Assembly (NCBI GenBank): GCA_043228905.1
Contig: JBHGNT010000007.1
Location: 20,584,001 to 20,648,000, forward strand
Reading direction: 5' to 3'
Length of the DNA stretch: 64,000 bases
Source of the DNA: Azolla caroliniana
Lineage: Eukaryota > Plantae > Polypodiophyta
Numbering within the stretch: the stretch's first letter is position 1; each line of letters opens with the position of its first letter. The position numbers and the translations under genes are program-made. Shown here piece after piece: positions 26,201-39,575 of this stretch. Under the pieces are notes generated by a model. The model had not been told where the DNA came from and did no database searches. It worked only from the letters and a program-made list of their open reading frames with translations.

Positions 26201-28830
26201 TCCGGTAGCGGAACCGCAACTGGCTTGATCTTCTTATCCACCGTTTTATATTTTGTGTTGACTTCAGCTTCCTCCATCAAGATGCCTCGATGATATTCAA
26301 CGATGATAGCATACATGTTGACGGAGTTAACCGAAATCACATTTTGATCGTGAGGGCAGCTCAAGTCCATGACTTCCTCGATTTCACCGATGGTGTCGTT
26401 AAATGAGGCTTCCTCTAGAATATGAGACACAAATTCTTCTTCTTCGATTATGGTTTCTTCTTTCAGCATCTTCTCGAAGTCTTGTATCTTACGCTTGTCC
26501 TTCTTGTTGAGTATTGTTAGTTTACATGCGCCACTAGGTGTCACACATGTTGCTTCTCCTTGCGATCCACTTATTTCGCTTCCTTGTGGGGACTTATGAT
26601 TGCTCGGACTATTTGTGCCCCACGTTTCAATAGTCCGCTCTAAAAATCCGAGGATTCGCCTCCAAGGCTATCTCGGTTCCTTTCGTGATTAGCCCACACC
26701 GTAAGGAATTGAACAAATCTTTGATTGTCAAGGCTCTTGACTCGCGCGAAGGCCGCTCCGTTATCGAACACCTTAGTCTCCATCCGGGACGATGTGATAT
26801 ATGGTTGTCCTAGGATGACGGGATGTGAAGCCAAGTCTTGCACGAAGAAGTGTTGATCCATCTCCACATCTCCGATCGTGACTTTAACATTGGGGCAAGC
26901 TCCATACAGGTCTTCCGTGGCCTTCGTTGCCGCTCATATCTTCCATCCGTGGTTTGTGTTGATTGGCCATCTTTCTTTCTTGTAGAATTAGGTCGACATG
27001 AGGTTGATATCCGAACCATGGTCAATCAAGGCTACCACGGTCTCCTTCTTCTCTCCGATCTTCACCGGCGTCTCTGTTGTCGCTCTTGCCCAATGAGGCC
27101 GAGAGTAATGGCTGTCCGCCATCACTTCTTCTTCCTCCTCCTCTTCGGATCTTGCCATGGTTATGGCACTTGTTTTCACCTCTTCTTCATCCGATTATTT
27201 CCGCTTCCGCTTAATCAAGTCCACGATAGTATCGTGGAACTCCTTCTTAGCAATCCCAAGTAGCTCTCTCAAAGTAAAGTCGACATGACTGTCTAAAACC
27301 TTCTCCTCAAGGACTTTCCGCAAGTTGGTTGTTTGTTCTATGTCCGACCTTAGCTTGTAAGTCGGCGCCACTCGTTCCTTTCCTTCCTTCACAGATTCAT
27401 CGACTTCCATCCGAGAAGGTTGGCTCGATCCACCGGGCTTCATGCTTGTTTCTCCTATCTCTTTTCGTAGCGTAGGTTGGGCTTGTCCTTCTTTCCCTGC
27501 ATTCCTTGTATTGTGACGCTTTGAGGTGCCATCTTCTTCACTGATTCTTTTCCTCTTCTCTTCGACAAGAGCCTCATAGTTGTCGCACACAACCTCCGCA
27601 AAGCTTGTGTTATCGTCGACTAGATCCGACCATCCGGTTACTTGTCGCACATTCCGATCAACATGTTTGAGATCCTCCAAATCTATTTTTCCTTTCTTTT
27701 CACACTCGAATACCGTTGGCCAAAACCCAATTCCCGGCTTGATCGTCTTTAGATTCTCTCTTCCAACTCGTATTCCCGCCGATGCGGCGTAGTGCATGGC
27801 TTCCACATGCCTTGCATCTTCCTCTTCCACGATCTTTTTCAGCCCGCCTCTTCCGAAGTTCACTCGTAGAGGCTTTCGGGTCTCGCTCGAGTGAATCATG
27901 TTGTTGTCCAAATAGACGACATTCTAGCGAATTGCGTCTTGCAAGTCAGTGCACTCCCTTCGTGAGTGCTCGAAGCTGTCGTACCACACACATCTATATG
28001 CTTCTTTTCCCTTTGGCCCGCGTCGACCTAAGTTGGCCAACGATACCGCTTCAAACTTCTTGGAGAGCTCTTCGATTATAGATTCCTCCATCGCTTTCTT
28101 GTCGAAATTGTTGATCGGCTTGTTAGACTCAATTGTCACAGGTGCATTCCTCCTCCACGATTGTGGATTCTCCATATCCGTTTCCTCTTGCCATTGTCGA
28201 CGCTTATCAAGATGGCTACAAGCCTTCTTCACCGCCGCCCAGTCCGCCACCAAGCCATTTGGTTGTGTTTCATCCTCCAAAAAGTTACCCAATTCACACC
28301 GATCTTTGGCATCCACTGCCTTCAGGAATAGTAGGACTTTATCTCCATCGAGAACTCGTTGATCAACACTCGGAAGTCGGTTATACTTCTGGTCGAATTC
28401 GGCATATACTCCAAACGCACACATATTCTTCCCTTTCTTCTCGATCCAAGACATTAGCGTATGTCGAGTCATCCGTGATGCGTCTTCAAGCATGTATTCG
28501 GTGAGAAGCGCCTTTTCGAACTCCGCCCAAGTTGCATGCTCGCTTTGGATTTCCATGATGCGCTCGCGGATCTGTGGTTCCACCACACGTTTGAAGCTAG
28601 AAATTTGTTTGAGATCGTTGACATCCCTTTGTTGCATCTCGTTCCGATAGGTAGCAAGAAGATCCGTGATGTTCTTGCCACCAAATCATCCAGCTATCTC
28701 GACCATACGATCAACAACTTTGTCGATTAAAGCTTCTCGATCTCTCACCTTCAGCATGTATTCCACTATGGACACCATACCTTTCGTTAATTCCTCTCCT
28801 TGAGTTCCGCTTGTTGAAGCCATTGTTGCA
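23211..28830 (-). pseudogene. gag-pro and pol (RT-RNase H-integrase) of element E
   Basis: Protease ALIDHGS, RT PYSNRWF...LLDDIP, RNase H VTVDAS, integrase with WFGPY; Gypsy domain order; stops and frameshifts. Confidence 0.94.
26586..26649 (-). promoter_or_regulatory. Putative -1 ribosomal frameshift signal of E
   Basis: GGATTTTTAG, stem1 CGGACTATT/AATAGTCCG, stem2 GTGGGG/CCCCAC; -1 frame open into the 26188-26544 ORF. Confidence 0.85.
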
Positions 28831-29681
28831 CTTGATATCCTTCCTACCACCTCTTTCACGTCGGGTTCACCACTTAATTATGTCGTGAAAATCCGTCACT
28901 ATGTGTGGATCGTGAGGCGGAACCGCTGCGGTTCTGGACTAGAAGGATTTAGTGCAGCACATACAACACAAGCAAGTTTTAAGCATAAGACAAGTGGGAG
29001 AGACAAATCATTTGTTTATTGCAAAAGAAAATAGATTGTTTATAATTTCAGAATCGTGTTACAATGGGTTGGGTATGGAAATGAGAGATTAGTTTTTCAA
29101 AGAAAGGAGCCCACAACCATGCAAGGAGTGGTCCGATATGAATACGAGAGATAATTTTTTACAAGAAAGCTCAAGTAAACAAAGCTAAGAGTTTGATATC
29201 AATATGTGAGATAATTTTCTTCTCGAATCCAAGAGGGAAGAAGAAAGAAGGGGAAAAAAGAAGAAGAAAAAAAACTAGGAGGGAAAAAATGGGACATATA
29301 TCGAGCTCCTTGTTGATCCTCCTCCCCAATGTTACTTTGCATGCCCACTTTTAGTCGGATGGCCTCTATTTTTAGTTGCATGGCCTTGGCTTTTGGTTGC
29401 ATGCGATTGTCCGTATAATTCGGCCAAATGACACAATCATCCATAAAGTTTAGCCCGTGCGCAATCCGTAGACACGTCAACGTGCAAAAGTCTCGACCAC
29501 GTAGTAGTGTACTCATCCATGCATGCGCACGTCCCGACTGCGCCGTAGTGTACGCATCCACGCGCACGCGCGTCCAACCCGCACCGTATACGCATCCGCG
29601 CAAAAAAGTCTCGTCCGCACCGTAGTGTACGCATCCACGCATGCGCGCGTGCACACACACGTGTCTGCGCCACACATACGC

Positions 29682-30410
29682 TGTCGTGCCTTTCGGCTCC
29701 GGATCGTTTGCGTGAGTCGGGTGGGAACCACTGGGGTTTTGGACTAGGAAGAAGAGAGTTTTAAGGCTAATAAGAATATAAATATGTTGTAAGAAAGAGT
29801 TATAGCAAACTCGTGAATCCCACGAGTGTATTGTATTAGATTAATCAATATGAATATAAGAATATAAACTTCGGTTGAAAGAGAATGATATAGAATTCTC
29901 GTGAATCCCACGAGTATAGTTTATTAATTGGTGTTTTTTAGAAACATATCTAGTTTCCAAATATTTTTCACACATAATTACATTGTGCTCCCCATCCTTA
30001 TGTAGTGATGAGGAAGTCTTAGTAATCCATGCTTTTTCTCTAACTATAGACCCCATGCTTTTCCTATAGATAGACTATATGCTTTATCTAAAGTGATCAT
30101 GCTTTTTTCTAACTTGTGCGTTTTTTATCATGCACGCTAGATGTGTATGTGTAGCTTTTTCTTTTGTTATGCGTTTTTCTAATGTTTATCCTAGCGTGAA
30201 TTTACCTTTCTATGTGGGACATCTATGCTTTAACACTAATGAAATGCTAGTGTAATGGTAAGACATTACATTATTAACATGGAGGTGCAAGGTTCGAATC
30301 TTGCCCTATGCATGTTCAATTTATTTTGCTATTTTCTTCTATTTCTTCATTTTTTATTGAATCTAATACTATATACGTTTTTCACGTAGTGTACAAAATA
30401 CACTACGACA
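29682..30410 (-). mobile_element. Gypsy solo LTR of family H inserted in the 5' LTR of E
   Basis: Near-identical to the LTRs at 39576-40302 and 42367-43093; TSD ACGC. Confidence 0.97.
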
Positions 30411-30915
30411 ACGCGTCCGTCCGAAACGTCCACGCGTACGCCCGAAACTTGCACACGCGCGTACATCCGAAGACGTCTATGCGAGCGTACTTCCGAAAAC
30501 GTCCACCCGGCCATTTAGACACGCGTACGCCAGAAGCGTGCACACCACATAGTGTAGCCCAAGTCACCTTGAACATCCTATGCTCCACACATTGATAGAA
30601 TGAATATGTTTTGGTTTCCGTTATATATTCTGGGTTCCAATGTTGTCCTATCTATGTGGGATATCTCACAATTTTGTCTTTTCTTTTCTTTTCTTCAAAC
30701 TTCACACTCACATAACATGATAGTTGTTTATCTGTTTTATGCGTAGTAAAATACGCTATGAAGCTCTATAACACATCTATCTTTCCATATCCATATATTA
30801 AGCTAATCGTAAATAGTTATTTTACTAGTTTCATATCGTGTGTGAAAAACCACACGACACCGCATGCTTGGCATTCGAAGATTACACACTATCTTAATCA
30901 AATCGGCTTTCGAAT

Positions 30916-31280
30916 GTCGAAATCAGACAACTCCCTCTACGTATGACACGACTCTAGAAGCCTAATTGTCATCATCCTATACGTGGATGATCCGGTCATT
31001 GGAGGTGAAAGTCTAGTCGACATCAACAAGGTCAAGTCCCTCCTCTCGGGAAAATTCGAGATGACGGACATGAAGGAGCTCCATTACTTCCTTGGAGTCG
31101 AAATTAGACAACTCCCTCGATGTATGACACGACAATAGAAGCCTAATTGTCATCATCCTATACGTGGATGATCTGGTCATTGGAGGTGAAAGTCTAGTCG
31201 ACATCAACAAGGTCAAGTCCCTCCTCTCCAGAAAATTCCAAATGACGGACATGAAGGAGTTCCATTACTTCCTTGGCATC
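30916..31280 (+). repeat. About 180-bp tandem duplication in the RT of element D
   Basis: GTCGAAAT.AGACAACTCCCTC...CATTACTTCCTTGG occurs twice, starting at 30916 and 31097. Confidence 0.9.
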
Positions 31281-33499
31281 GAAGTAATTCGGATTCCAAC
31301 AGGCATTATGATCTCTCAACGACACTACATTCTCAACTTGTTATACAAGTTCCGGATGAGTGAGTGCAAATCGGTCGCTACGCCTCTCGATCGAAACCTC
31401 AAACTAGATGCTGACTCCGGCACAAACGAGTGCGAGCCAACCCAATATCGTCAACTGATCGGGAGTCTCATCTATCTCACGATCACTCGACCCGATCTTA
31501 GCTATCCAGTCGGACTCCTCAGCCAATTCATGCAAAAACCACACGACATTCACTTGGCTTGCGCTAAGCGAGTATTACGATACATGGGTGGCACAATGGA
31601 TTACGACATTCTTTATGCATCAACCACACCAATACGACTCGAAGGGTACACCTACATGGACTGGGCAGGCTACAAAGCTGATCGACGATCGACCTCCAGA
31701 TTTGTCTTCTCGCTTGGTGGCGGAGCAATATATTGGAATAGTAAGAAGTAGCCTACCGTCGCACTTTCAAGTACGGAGGCCGAATACAGGGGCGCAGTCG
31801 TAGCTGCATGTGAAGCCGTATGGTTCAAGAGGATTTTGAAGGATCTGGGCGTCCTCATCAAGGATCCGACTCCCATTTACCACAACAATATGAGCAGTAT
31901 ATATTTGGCTTGGAACCCAGTGTTCCACGCGCAGACAAAGCACATCGAAGTGCACTATTACTTCATTCGAGAGCGCGTACAGGCCGGAGATGTTGACCTT
32001 CAACACATCAACACGAATCTTTAGACGGCCGACATCTTCACCAAAGCCTTAGGAGCCGACAAGCTTCAACAATTCACGTCAGACCTTGGATTGACGATCC
32101 CTGACTTACCAAGCTTGAGGGGGAGTACAAGCGAGAACCGGATACCGTCCGACCGGATACCATCCGAACCGGGTACGAGCCGAAGCGGACACCGGAGATC
32201 GTCCGAACCGGATACCAATCGAAGCGGACATCAATCGAAAGGAACCAACCCAAGTTGAGCTTGAGGGGGCGTGTTGAGAATCAAGCTCAACATAGCACAA
32301 CGTGTGAACACACCTTTTGAGAATCTATGATTACTCAATGGTCAAGAGTCACACCACTACTCTCTACACATTAACTATGTGTCATAGAATCATATTCTAT
32401 GACACATAACTAATGAGTTACATATTCCCCATGACTATGAGTCTTAAAATTCCCCAAGAGAGAGAGTGGTTGTTGTAAAGTTAATGAAGAGAGAGGGTGA
32501 CTCTATATAAAGCACCCTCCTCATACTTCATACTAAGTCGGTTGTGACTCCTTGTAATGCTACATTTTGTATTTCCTATTCTACTTGTGAATATACACCT
32601 TCTTCTTGAGTATTCCTTTTTCTATCTATCTTGTGTTCTCTTATCTCTCCTCTACTTCCTCTCACACATACACATAACACACATCTCTTCCGCTACACAA
32701 GAATCATACCCGATTCTTTACAATCACATTGCATGTTGCATAACAATTATAGGGATTCTTGTTCTTGCATAATAAAATGTGCACACATATTTGCACAAAT
32801 CTCTTCTTCACAATAACAAAGATATATATATATATATATATGTGAATTGTTCTTAACAGAAGTGACTAATCATTTATTGGCTCTCCAACAGGGTTATCTC
32901 TCTCTCTCTCTCTCTCTTAGTCTGTCTCTGTCGGGCTCTCTCTCTCTACACCTACAATGGAGAATATTGTTTGTCCAGGTAAGCTTTCCATAAAGAAAGT
33001 GGGCCTGCATGCTTTGTGCTTTAGGGTTTCGTTAGGGTTTGGGAAAAAAGAGCGCATTGCTAATATATTATCCTTAGTATTTTCTGTGCAGTTAAACAGA
33101 TCGTGAAGATCCATGTTAATCTAGAAAAACCCGACGATCATAATTATGCCCTCCACATTACACCAAATAACAGCCCCATCATATCAGTAGAGAATGGACA
33201 AGATCAATGGTAAATACTCGGCCACGCGCACATAGAGAATAATAAATATCAAACACATGAAGACAACATTGTGTCAACTAGTTGTTGCATCTTTGCATCA
33301 TTTTACATTTTGTGAATTTAATGGAACCAAAACAAATCTAACCTATATACTACACAAATCGGCCATATATTCTATTCCTATACTCCTACTCAAACATTGG
33401 AGAGTGGGATAGAAATTAATCCATGTCATTATGAACTTACTTTTTTTCTTATTTTTTAGATAAGAAGCATATTGGCACATAGACATATATTGCTCTCAT

Positions 33500-33850
33500 A
33501 GAAGCTTCTAGATAGGTGTTATGGTTTGTTAGAAGATGTTCCTACATGAGTTAGGCTTGGTGAAAGAACCCTATAATGTGCATTGTGATATGCAAAGGTG
33601 CGAGAACTCTTCTTTCCATTCCAAGTCTAAACACATTGATGCAACGATACCATTTGGTTCAATATGTGCTCAAAGCAAAGCAAATGTACATTGACAAGGT
33701 TGATGAAAATGGCTCTGATACGATAGTCTAAAGTGTTACCCAAGACAGAAGCTCCAACCTTACGAACAAGAAGAAGGCTTGGTTGTGCCCCCACTTCAGA
33801 TAGAGGGGGCGAATTGTGGGGTTTCTCCACACCAACAGTCCTACCCACAA
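33500..33850 (+). pseudogene. Eroded Copia RNase H end, PPT and start of a 3' LTR
   Basis: Translates to VHCD...FHSKSKHIDA..YHL-like motif; AGAGGGGGCGAAT followed by TGTGGGG at about 33815. Confidence 0.65.
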
Positions 33851-35080
33851 CTATAATGATAATAAGTAGAATCCAAGGACAATTTGTATAGTTTCAACGC
33901 TACTTTTTACGTATTCTTTATATATTTCTATAGTGGGGAAATAGAAATTTCTACGAAAGAACAAAAGCAAAAGCTGAAAACAAAAAAGAACAATTCTGAA
34001 AATATAGATAAGAAAAACAAGTGAACACTATTGAACTTCTCACCTTATTTCAGCTATGACCATCTCTCACACATCAATTGCGACAAAATTTGCATCATGC
34101 ACTATTGTGTCTCATAAAAAAGACACGGAAACTATTGACAAGTAGTTATTCCATCATTGTACATTCTGTGAATTTAATGGAATCAAAACATTGAGAAAGT
34201 TGTTGCATTAAGCTAGAATAGAAAGACTAAGCTAGCATTGAGAAAGTTCCAGGAATGCCATTATATTTTATTCTTCATTGTGCAGGTTTGGAAAATGTGA
34301 ATGTGCATATTAGACGTTCCAATGGAGATGATGGAACCTTCTCCTACACTCCAAATAACAACCCCACCATATCTCCAAGTCAACATGAGGTGGGCAGTGT
34401 CTACAATACCACTACTACTATCGAAAACTTGCCAACCCTAGAAACAGGTATAGAAGTGTTAAAATTAAAGTGGGGAGAATTTGTGGAGGCATTGTGCCGT
34501 ATAGGAAGGGTGAGCATGAGGAAAATGGAGGTCATCATGAATACTAGATAAGGGTAATTATATGCAAGAAGATATAGACATAACAAGAATGAGATAACTA
34601 TCAATAGAACAAACAATGCAATAGGGAAAGTTGAAGAACAAATGAGTTCTTTGTGATAAAACAATGCTAGATAAACATTAACACAAATGATTCAATCTTT
34701 TGTAAAGTCAAAGATTTGTACATTCTATCCTTCTCTTGAATAGAAAACATCTAAAGAAACTTAAAAATATATACAAGAAAAAGTTCTATTCTTCATCTCT
34801 TAAGAAGTCGTTGACACTCAGGAGCTCATTATGCATAAACTATATGGCTTTAGTCTCACACCATTGATTCTTTCTCTCATCAATGTTCCATCCATATAAA
34901 GTACTTAGTTTGAAAGGTAACGAGGAGAGTCATGTTAGTGTGCAAAGACTTGTGGTTGCCTATCCAATATGGCCAGGACAAACCAAACAAAATAGATGCA
35001 TAGACTTGGGAAACCATGCAGCTAAACGCAGTTTCTGTTAGGATCTCGGTCCCTTCGGATGGGATATGAAGGCCCGACAT

Positions 35081-35265
35081 CGGAAGACCCGGTGATAACT
35101 GGATGTGGAGTACCTGGCAACGGAAGACCTAGTGAGAACCGGATGTGAAGTACCTGGCAACGGAAAAGCCGGTGAGAACTGGATGACAAGTACTCGGCAA
35201 GGAAGACCCGGTGATAACCGGATGACAAGTACCTGGCAAGGAAGACCCGGTGAGAACCGGATGTT
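35081..35265 (+). repeat. 39-40-bp U3 tandem repeats in the 5' LTR of I
   Basis: Unit GGAAGACCCGGTGAGAACCGGATG..AGTACCTGGCAA; 4 full plus 1 partial here, 1 plus 1 partial in the 3' LTR. Confidence 0.9.
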
Positions 35266-38200
35266 GCAGGCCTAGTGAGAACCTCTCATCGGATGGAAGG
35301 GACATATATGTAAATATGTTCCAGAGAGCCCACTGGGGCTATATTTGTAAATAGCCCGAAAGTCATATTAGTATAAATATGATCTAGGGCAAACTTAATA
35401 GTTATGATGATAGAGTTACTGGTGTAACTTCTGTACAGTGCGTAAGAGTGAGAGAGAGAGCGATATACAGAGATCGTGTCTCTGTTGTAACCGCCGCTAG
35501 GCGAAGATTATGAGCAAGAGGTTGTTGCCTCTGTGCTCCCTGTTGTATTTATTTGACATAGTGATAGTTTGGAGTCTGTGGAGTCCCGTGGTTTTTCCCT
35601 TTCAGGGTTTTCCATGTTAACATCCTGTGTATTTTCTTTCCGTTTTACGTACTTACCCCCATTCCCATTTCTTTTGTGTTTGATTGTCATCAAGTGATCT
35701 ACGCTTCAGTTGTGGCCGGAGATTATTCCGCATATTTCTCGTCAAATTGGTATCAGAGCGAAACGACACAGAAAAATGGATGATTCGTTGGGAGGCATGT
35801 TCAAGCTCACTGTCTCCAACTTCTCAGTGTGGAAGTTGAAGATTAGGGACATGCTCATTGTTAAAGATCTTTGGTTGCCGGTTCAGTTCGGGGAGAAGAG
35901 ACCGGACAAAATCGACGTCACGATATGGGAGGTGATGCACATGAAGACGACGGCGTACATACGGTGCTTCATCGACATGAGCCTATACAACAACTTCAAT
36001 GAAGAGAGCAAGGCTCATGAGCTATGGGAGAAGATCGACATTATGTTTCAGAACAAAAATGCTTTTAATTAGGTTTCGGTATTTCGGATGTTAGTAAGAC
36101 TCTGGTACCAAGATGGCTCCAGCATGGTGGAGCACATGAATGCCTTCTAGGGGCTGATCCACCAAGCAACATCATTGGATGTACCTCTCGCCGATGAGGT
36201 ACTGGCACTACTCCTGCTCGATTCCCTCCCAGATAGCTGGGAGACGTTGGTTGTCACTTTGGGCAATGCCGGGCCGGAAGGGAAACGGTTATCCCTAGCA
36301 AGAGTGAAGTTGAGCTTGCTAGATGAGGAGGCGCGTCGGAAAGACAAGGATACGAGCTCCGACTCCAAAGCGCTCCTTACTGAATCGGAACACGGAAGAC
36401 AAAGGAACCGTAGTCCCTAGAACTGAGAAAAGTCGGGGACACGGTCAAAGTAAAGGGGGAGGCCTACTTGCTTCTATTGTGGCAAGTCAGGACACTTCTA
36501 GAAGAACCGTCGGCACTTCCGAAAAGACAAGGAAACTAACAGTACCGATTCGAAGCGGACACCGGACCGGAAGGGAATGACGGCAATCACAACAAGTGAA
36601 GAAGAGTTGATGCTCATCACCGAGGAGAGTGAGTTGAACCTTGCCGGCGACAAGATAACATGGGTTGTCGATTCCGGAGCGTCGTTCCACCTTACCCCGG
36701 ACCAGAAAGGCTTCTCATCCTACATAGGTGGTGATCATGGCTGTGTCCGGATGGGGAATGAAGGCACATGCCGAATTGTCAGCAAAGGAGATGTGTGGTT
36801 GACAACACCAACCAGATGCAAGCTGCTACTGAAGGATGTCTGACATGCTCCGGAGGTTTGACTGAACTTGATATAAGCCGGTTGGCTAGATGACGAAGGC
36901 TACACGGGTAGCATCCGGAATGGAGTCATGAAATTCAGCAAAGGGAGCCTGATAGTGGCTCAGGCCTGGAAGGTCAACATGCTGTACGTGATGAATGCCC
37001 GGTTATGCCCAGAAGAAGTGAATGTGGCTTCTGACACTGTCGGTGAGCTGTGGCACAAGAGATTGTGTCACATGAGCGTGAAGGGGATGAAGAGGCTTGC
37101 CGATGACAACCTCATTCCGGTGAAGAACGTGCATCTTGAGAGGTGCACCGACAGCCTAGCCGGTAAGCAAAACCGGACCTCCTTCCGATCAAGGCCACCC
37201 ATGAGACGTAATGCACCATTGGAGTTGGTGCATACTGATGTGTGTCAAGTGGACACGAAGTCCCATGCCGAAGCATAGTACTTCGTGACGTTCATAGATG
37301 ACCACAACAGGAGGCTGTGGGCCACACCATTGAAGACGAAAGATCAGGTGTTATCCGTCTTCAAGGAGCTCCACGCAAGAGTGGAAAGAGAAACCGGACG
37401 GAACTTAAAGACGGTTCGAGCAGATAACAGAGGAGAATACTAGGGGGCAGTTCGAGGAGTACTGCCGCTCAAAGGGAATCCGGCTCGAATTTACCGTGCC
37501 GAAGACGCAGGAACTAAACGAGCTAACCGAGAAGATGAACCAGACCATAATGGAGAGGGTTCGGAGTATGCTAGGACATGCTAAACTACCGTAGAAGTTT
37601 TGGGCTGAGGCACTGTCGACAACGACGTATGTGATAAACAGATCACCCTCAGTGCCCTTGGATGGAGACATGCCGCAAAAGGTGTGGACCGGTAAGGAAG
37701 TGTCCTACCGGCATTTGAAGGTGTTCGGGTGTCTCGCGTACGTGCATGTTGCTAAGGACCGGAGAAGAAAGTTGGATCCAAAGACCTGGCCATGCATATT
37801 CCTCGGATACGGCGATGATGAGTTCGGCTACCGAGTGTGCGATCTGGTTGACAAGAAGGTTTTCCGGAGCCAAGATATTATCTTCATGGAGGACAAAACA
37901 CTTGCCAATTGGGAGTCGGAGAAGAAGATAATGAACTCTGATGAGATTCAAACCCACCCAGCTAAGAGCCGGTTGACACTCGAGGAACCAGCCGGTTACG
38001 GTTACGATACCGAACCGGCAGAAGAAGAATTAGAGGAAGCTGAAACCGGAACCGGGCAAGACCTTGAATCGGATTTGGATGAAGAACAAATAGAGGAGCC
38101 GATTGCCGAAAACCAAAGATGGAGATATCCTCTCAGAGAGAGAAGGGCTCCCCGGAGATTTCCGAATGCAGAGCATGTGCTGTTGACCGATGAGGGGGAG

Positions 38201-39575
38201 CCGGAAAGCTTCGAAGAAGCGAAGGATGACACCCATAGCCGCAAGTGGTTGAGTGCCATGCATAATGAGATGGATTCCTTGCATGAGAACCACACGTATG
38301 AATTGGTGGAGTTGCCGAAAGGAAAGAAGGCACTTCTAAACAAGTGGGTGTACAAGTTGAAACCGGGAGATGCCGGCAACCCTCCAAGATACAAAGCCAG
38401 GATCGTGGTAAAGGGGTTCCAACAGAAGAAGGGCGTGGACTTCGACGAGATATTTGCCCCGGTAGTAAAGATGACTTCCATCCGGACGGTGCTAAGCATA
38501 GCGGTAAGCATGGACCTCGAGGTAGAGCAGTTAGACGTGAAGACGACGTTCCTCCACGGCGACCTCGAAGAGGAGATCTACATGCAGCAATCGGAGGGAT
38601 TCGTGAAGAAAGGGAAGGAGCACCTGTTTTGCTAGTTAAAAAAGAGCCTCTACGGGTTGAAGCAGGTTCCCTGTCAATGGTACCGGAAGTTCAACTCATT
38701 CATGACCGATCAAGGGTACCACAAGACGCTGGCCGATCACTGCGTATTTGTGAAGAAGTTCGAAGGTGGAGACTTCCTGATACTCCTCTTGTACATGGAC
38801 GACATGTTGATCGTCAGACGAGGCCAAGTCAAGATACGGATGCTGAAGAAGGCCCTCAACTGGACCTTCTCAATGAAAGACTTGGGTCCGGCAAGACAGA
38901 TGCTAGGGATGCATATCATCAGGGACTGGCCAACGAAGCAATTGTGGCTGTCACAGGAGAAGTACGTGACAAAGGTGCTTCAACGGTTCAACATGTCTGA
39001 TGCGAAACCAGTTGGATCGACACTTCCGGCAAACTGCAGGTTATCCAGTAAGCAAAGCCCAAAGACGAAGGCAGAGAAGGCGGATATGATGAAGATACCA
39101 TATGCCTCTGCCGTCGGGAGCCTAATGTACACAATGGTGTGCACCCGACCGGATATCAGATATGCAGTCGGAGTCGTGAGCCGGTTTATGAGCAATCCCG
39201 GCAAGGAGCACTGGAATGCGGTAAAATGGATACTCCGATACTTGAACGGCACATCAAGTATGTGTCTCCGATTCGGCTCTGGTAAACCCAAACTTGACGG
39301 TTTTACCAATTCGGATAAGTTGGCTGATGCGGATACCAGCTGGTCAACATCTGGATATGTCATGACATATGCGGGGGGAGCTGTTTCGTGGCAATCGAGG
39401 CTGCAGAAGACGGTTATGTTGTAAACCACGGAAGCGGAGTACATGGCAGCTGTGGAAGCTGGCAAGGAAATACTATGGATGAAGGACTTCATCGAAGAGC
39501 AAGGGATCCGGCAAGAGGAATACCGGCTTTATTGCGATAGTGAAAGTGCCATCCACCTTCCGAAGAACGCAGCGT

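Larger units (their letters stand above)
21787..30859 (-). mobile_element. Full-length Ty3/Gypsy element E, no chromodomain, degenerate
   Basis: LTRs 21787-23144 and 28881-30859 (the latter interrupted); TSD CCTC/CCGC; PBS TGGTGAACCCGACGTGAA 28855-28872 complementary to the tRNA-Trp 3' end; PPT next to 23145. Confidence 0.96.
17428..32722 (+). mobile_element. Ty1/Copia element D (related to B), both LTRs present, hosts Gypsy insertions
   Basis: 451-bp LTRs 17428-17878 and 32272-32722; TSD ATCAC; PBS TGGTATCAGAGC 17879-17890; PPT 32261-32271. Confidence 0.97.

Noticed and set aside
6268-32722. Assigning B/D to a named centromeric moss Copia family and calling the region a centromere
   Set aside because: Cannot be verified without sequence comparison or CENH3 data
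32950-34680. Possible host gene remnant (donor CAGGTAAG about 32977, acceptor TTGTGCAG about 34285, 98-aa ORF)
   Set aside because: No recognisable domain and no consistent exon chain; needs a homology search
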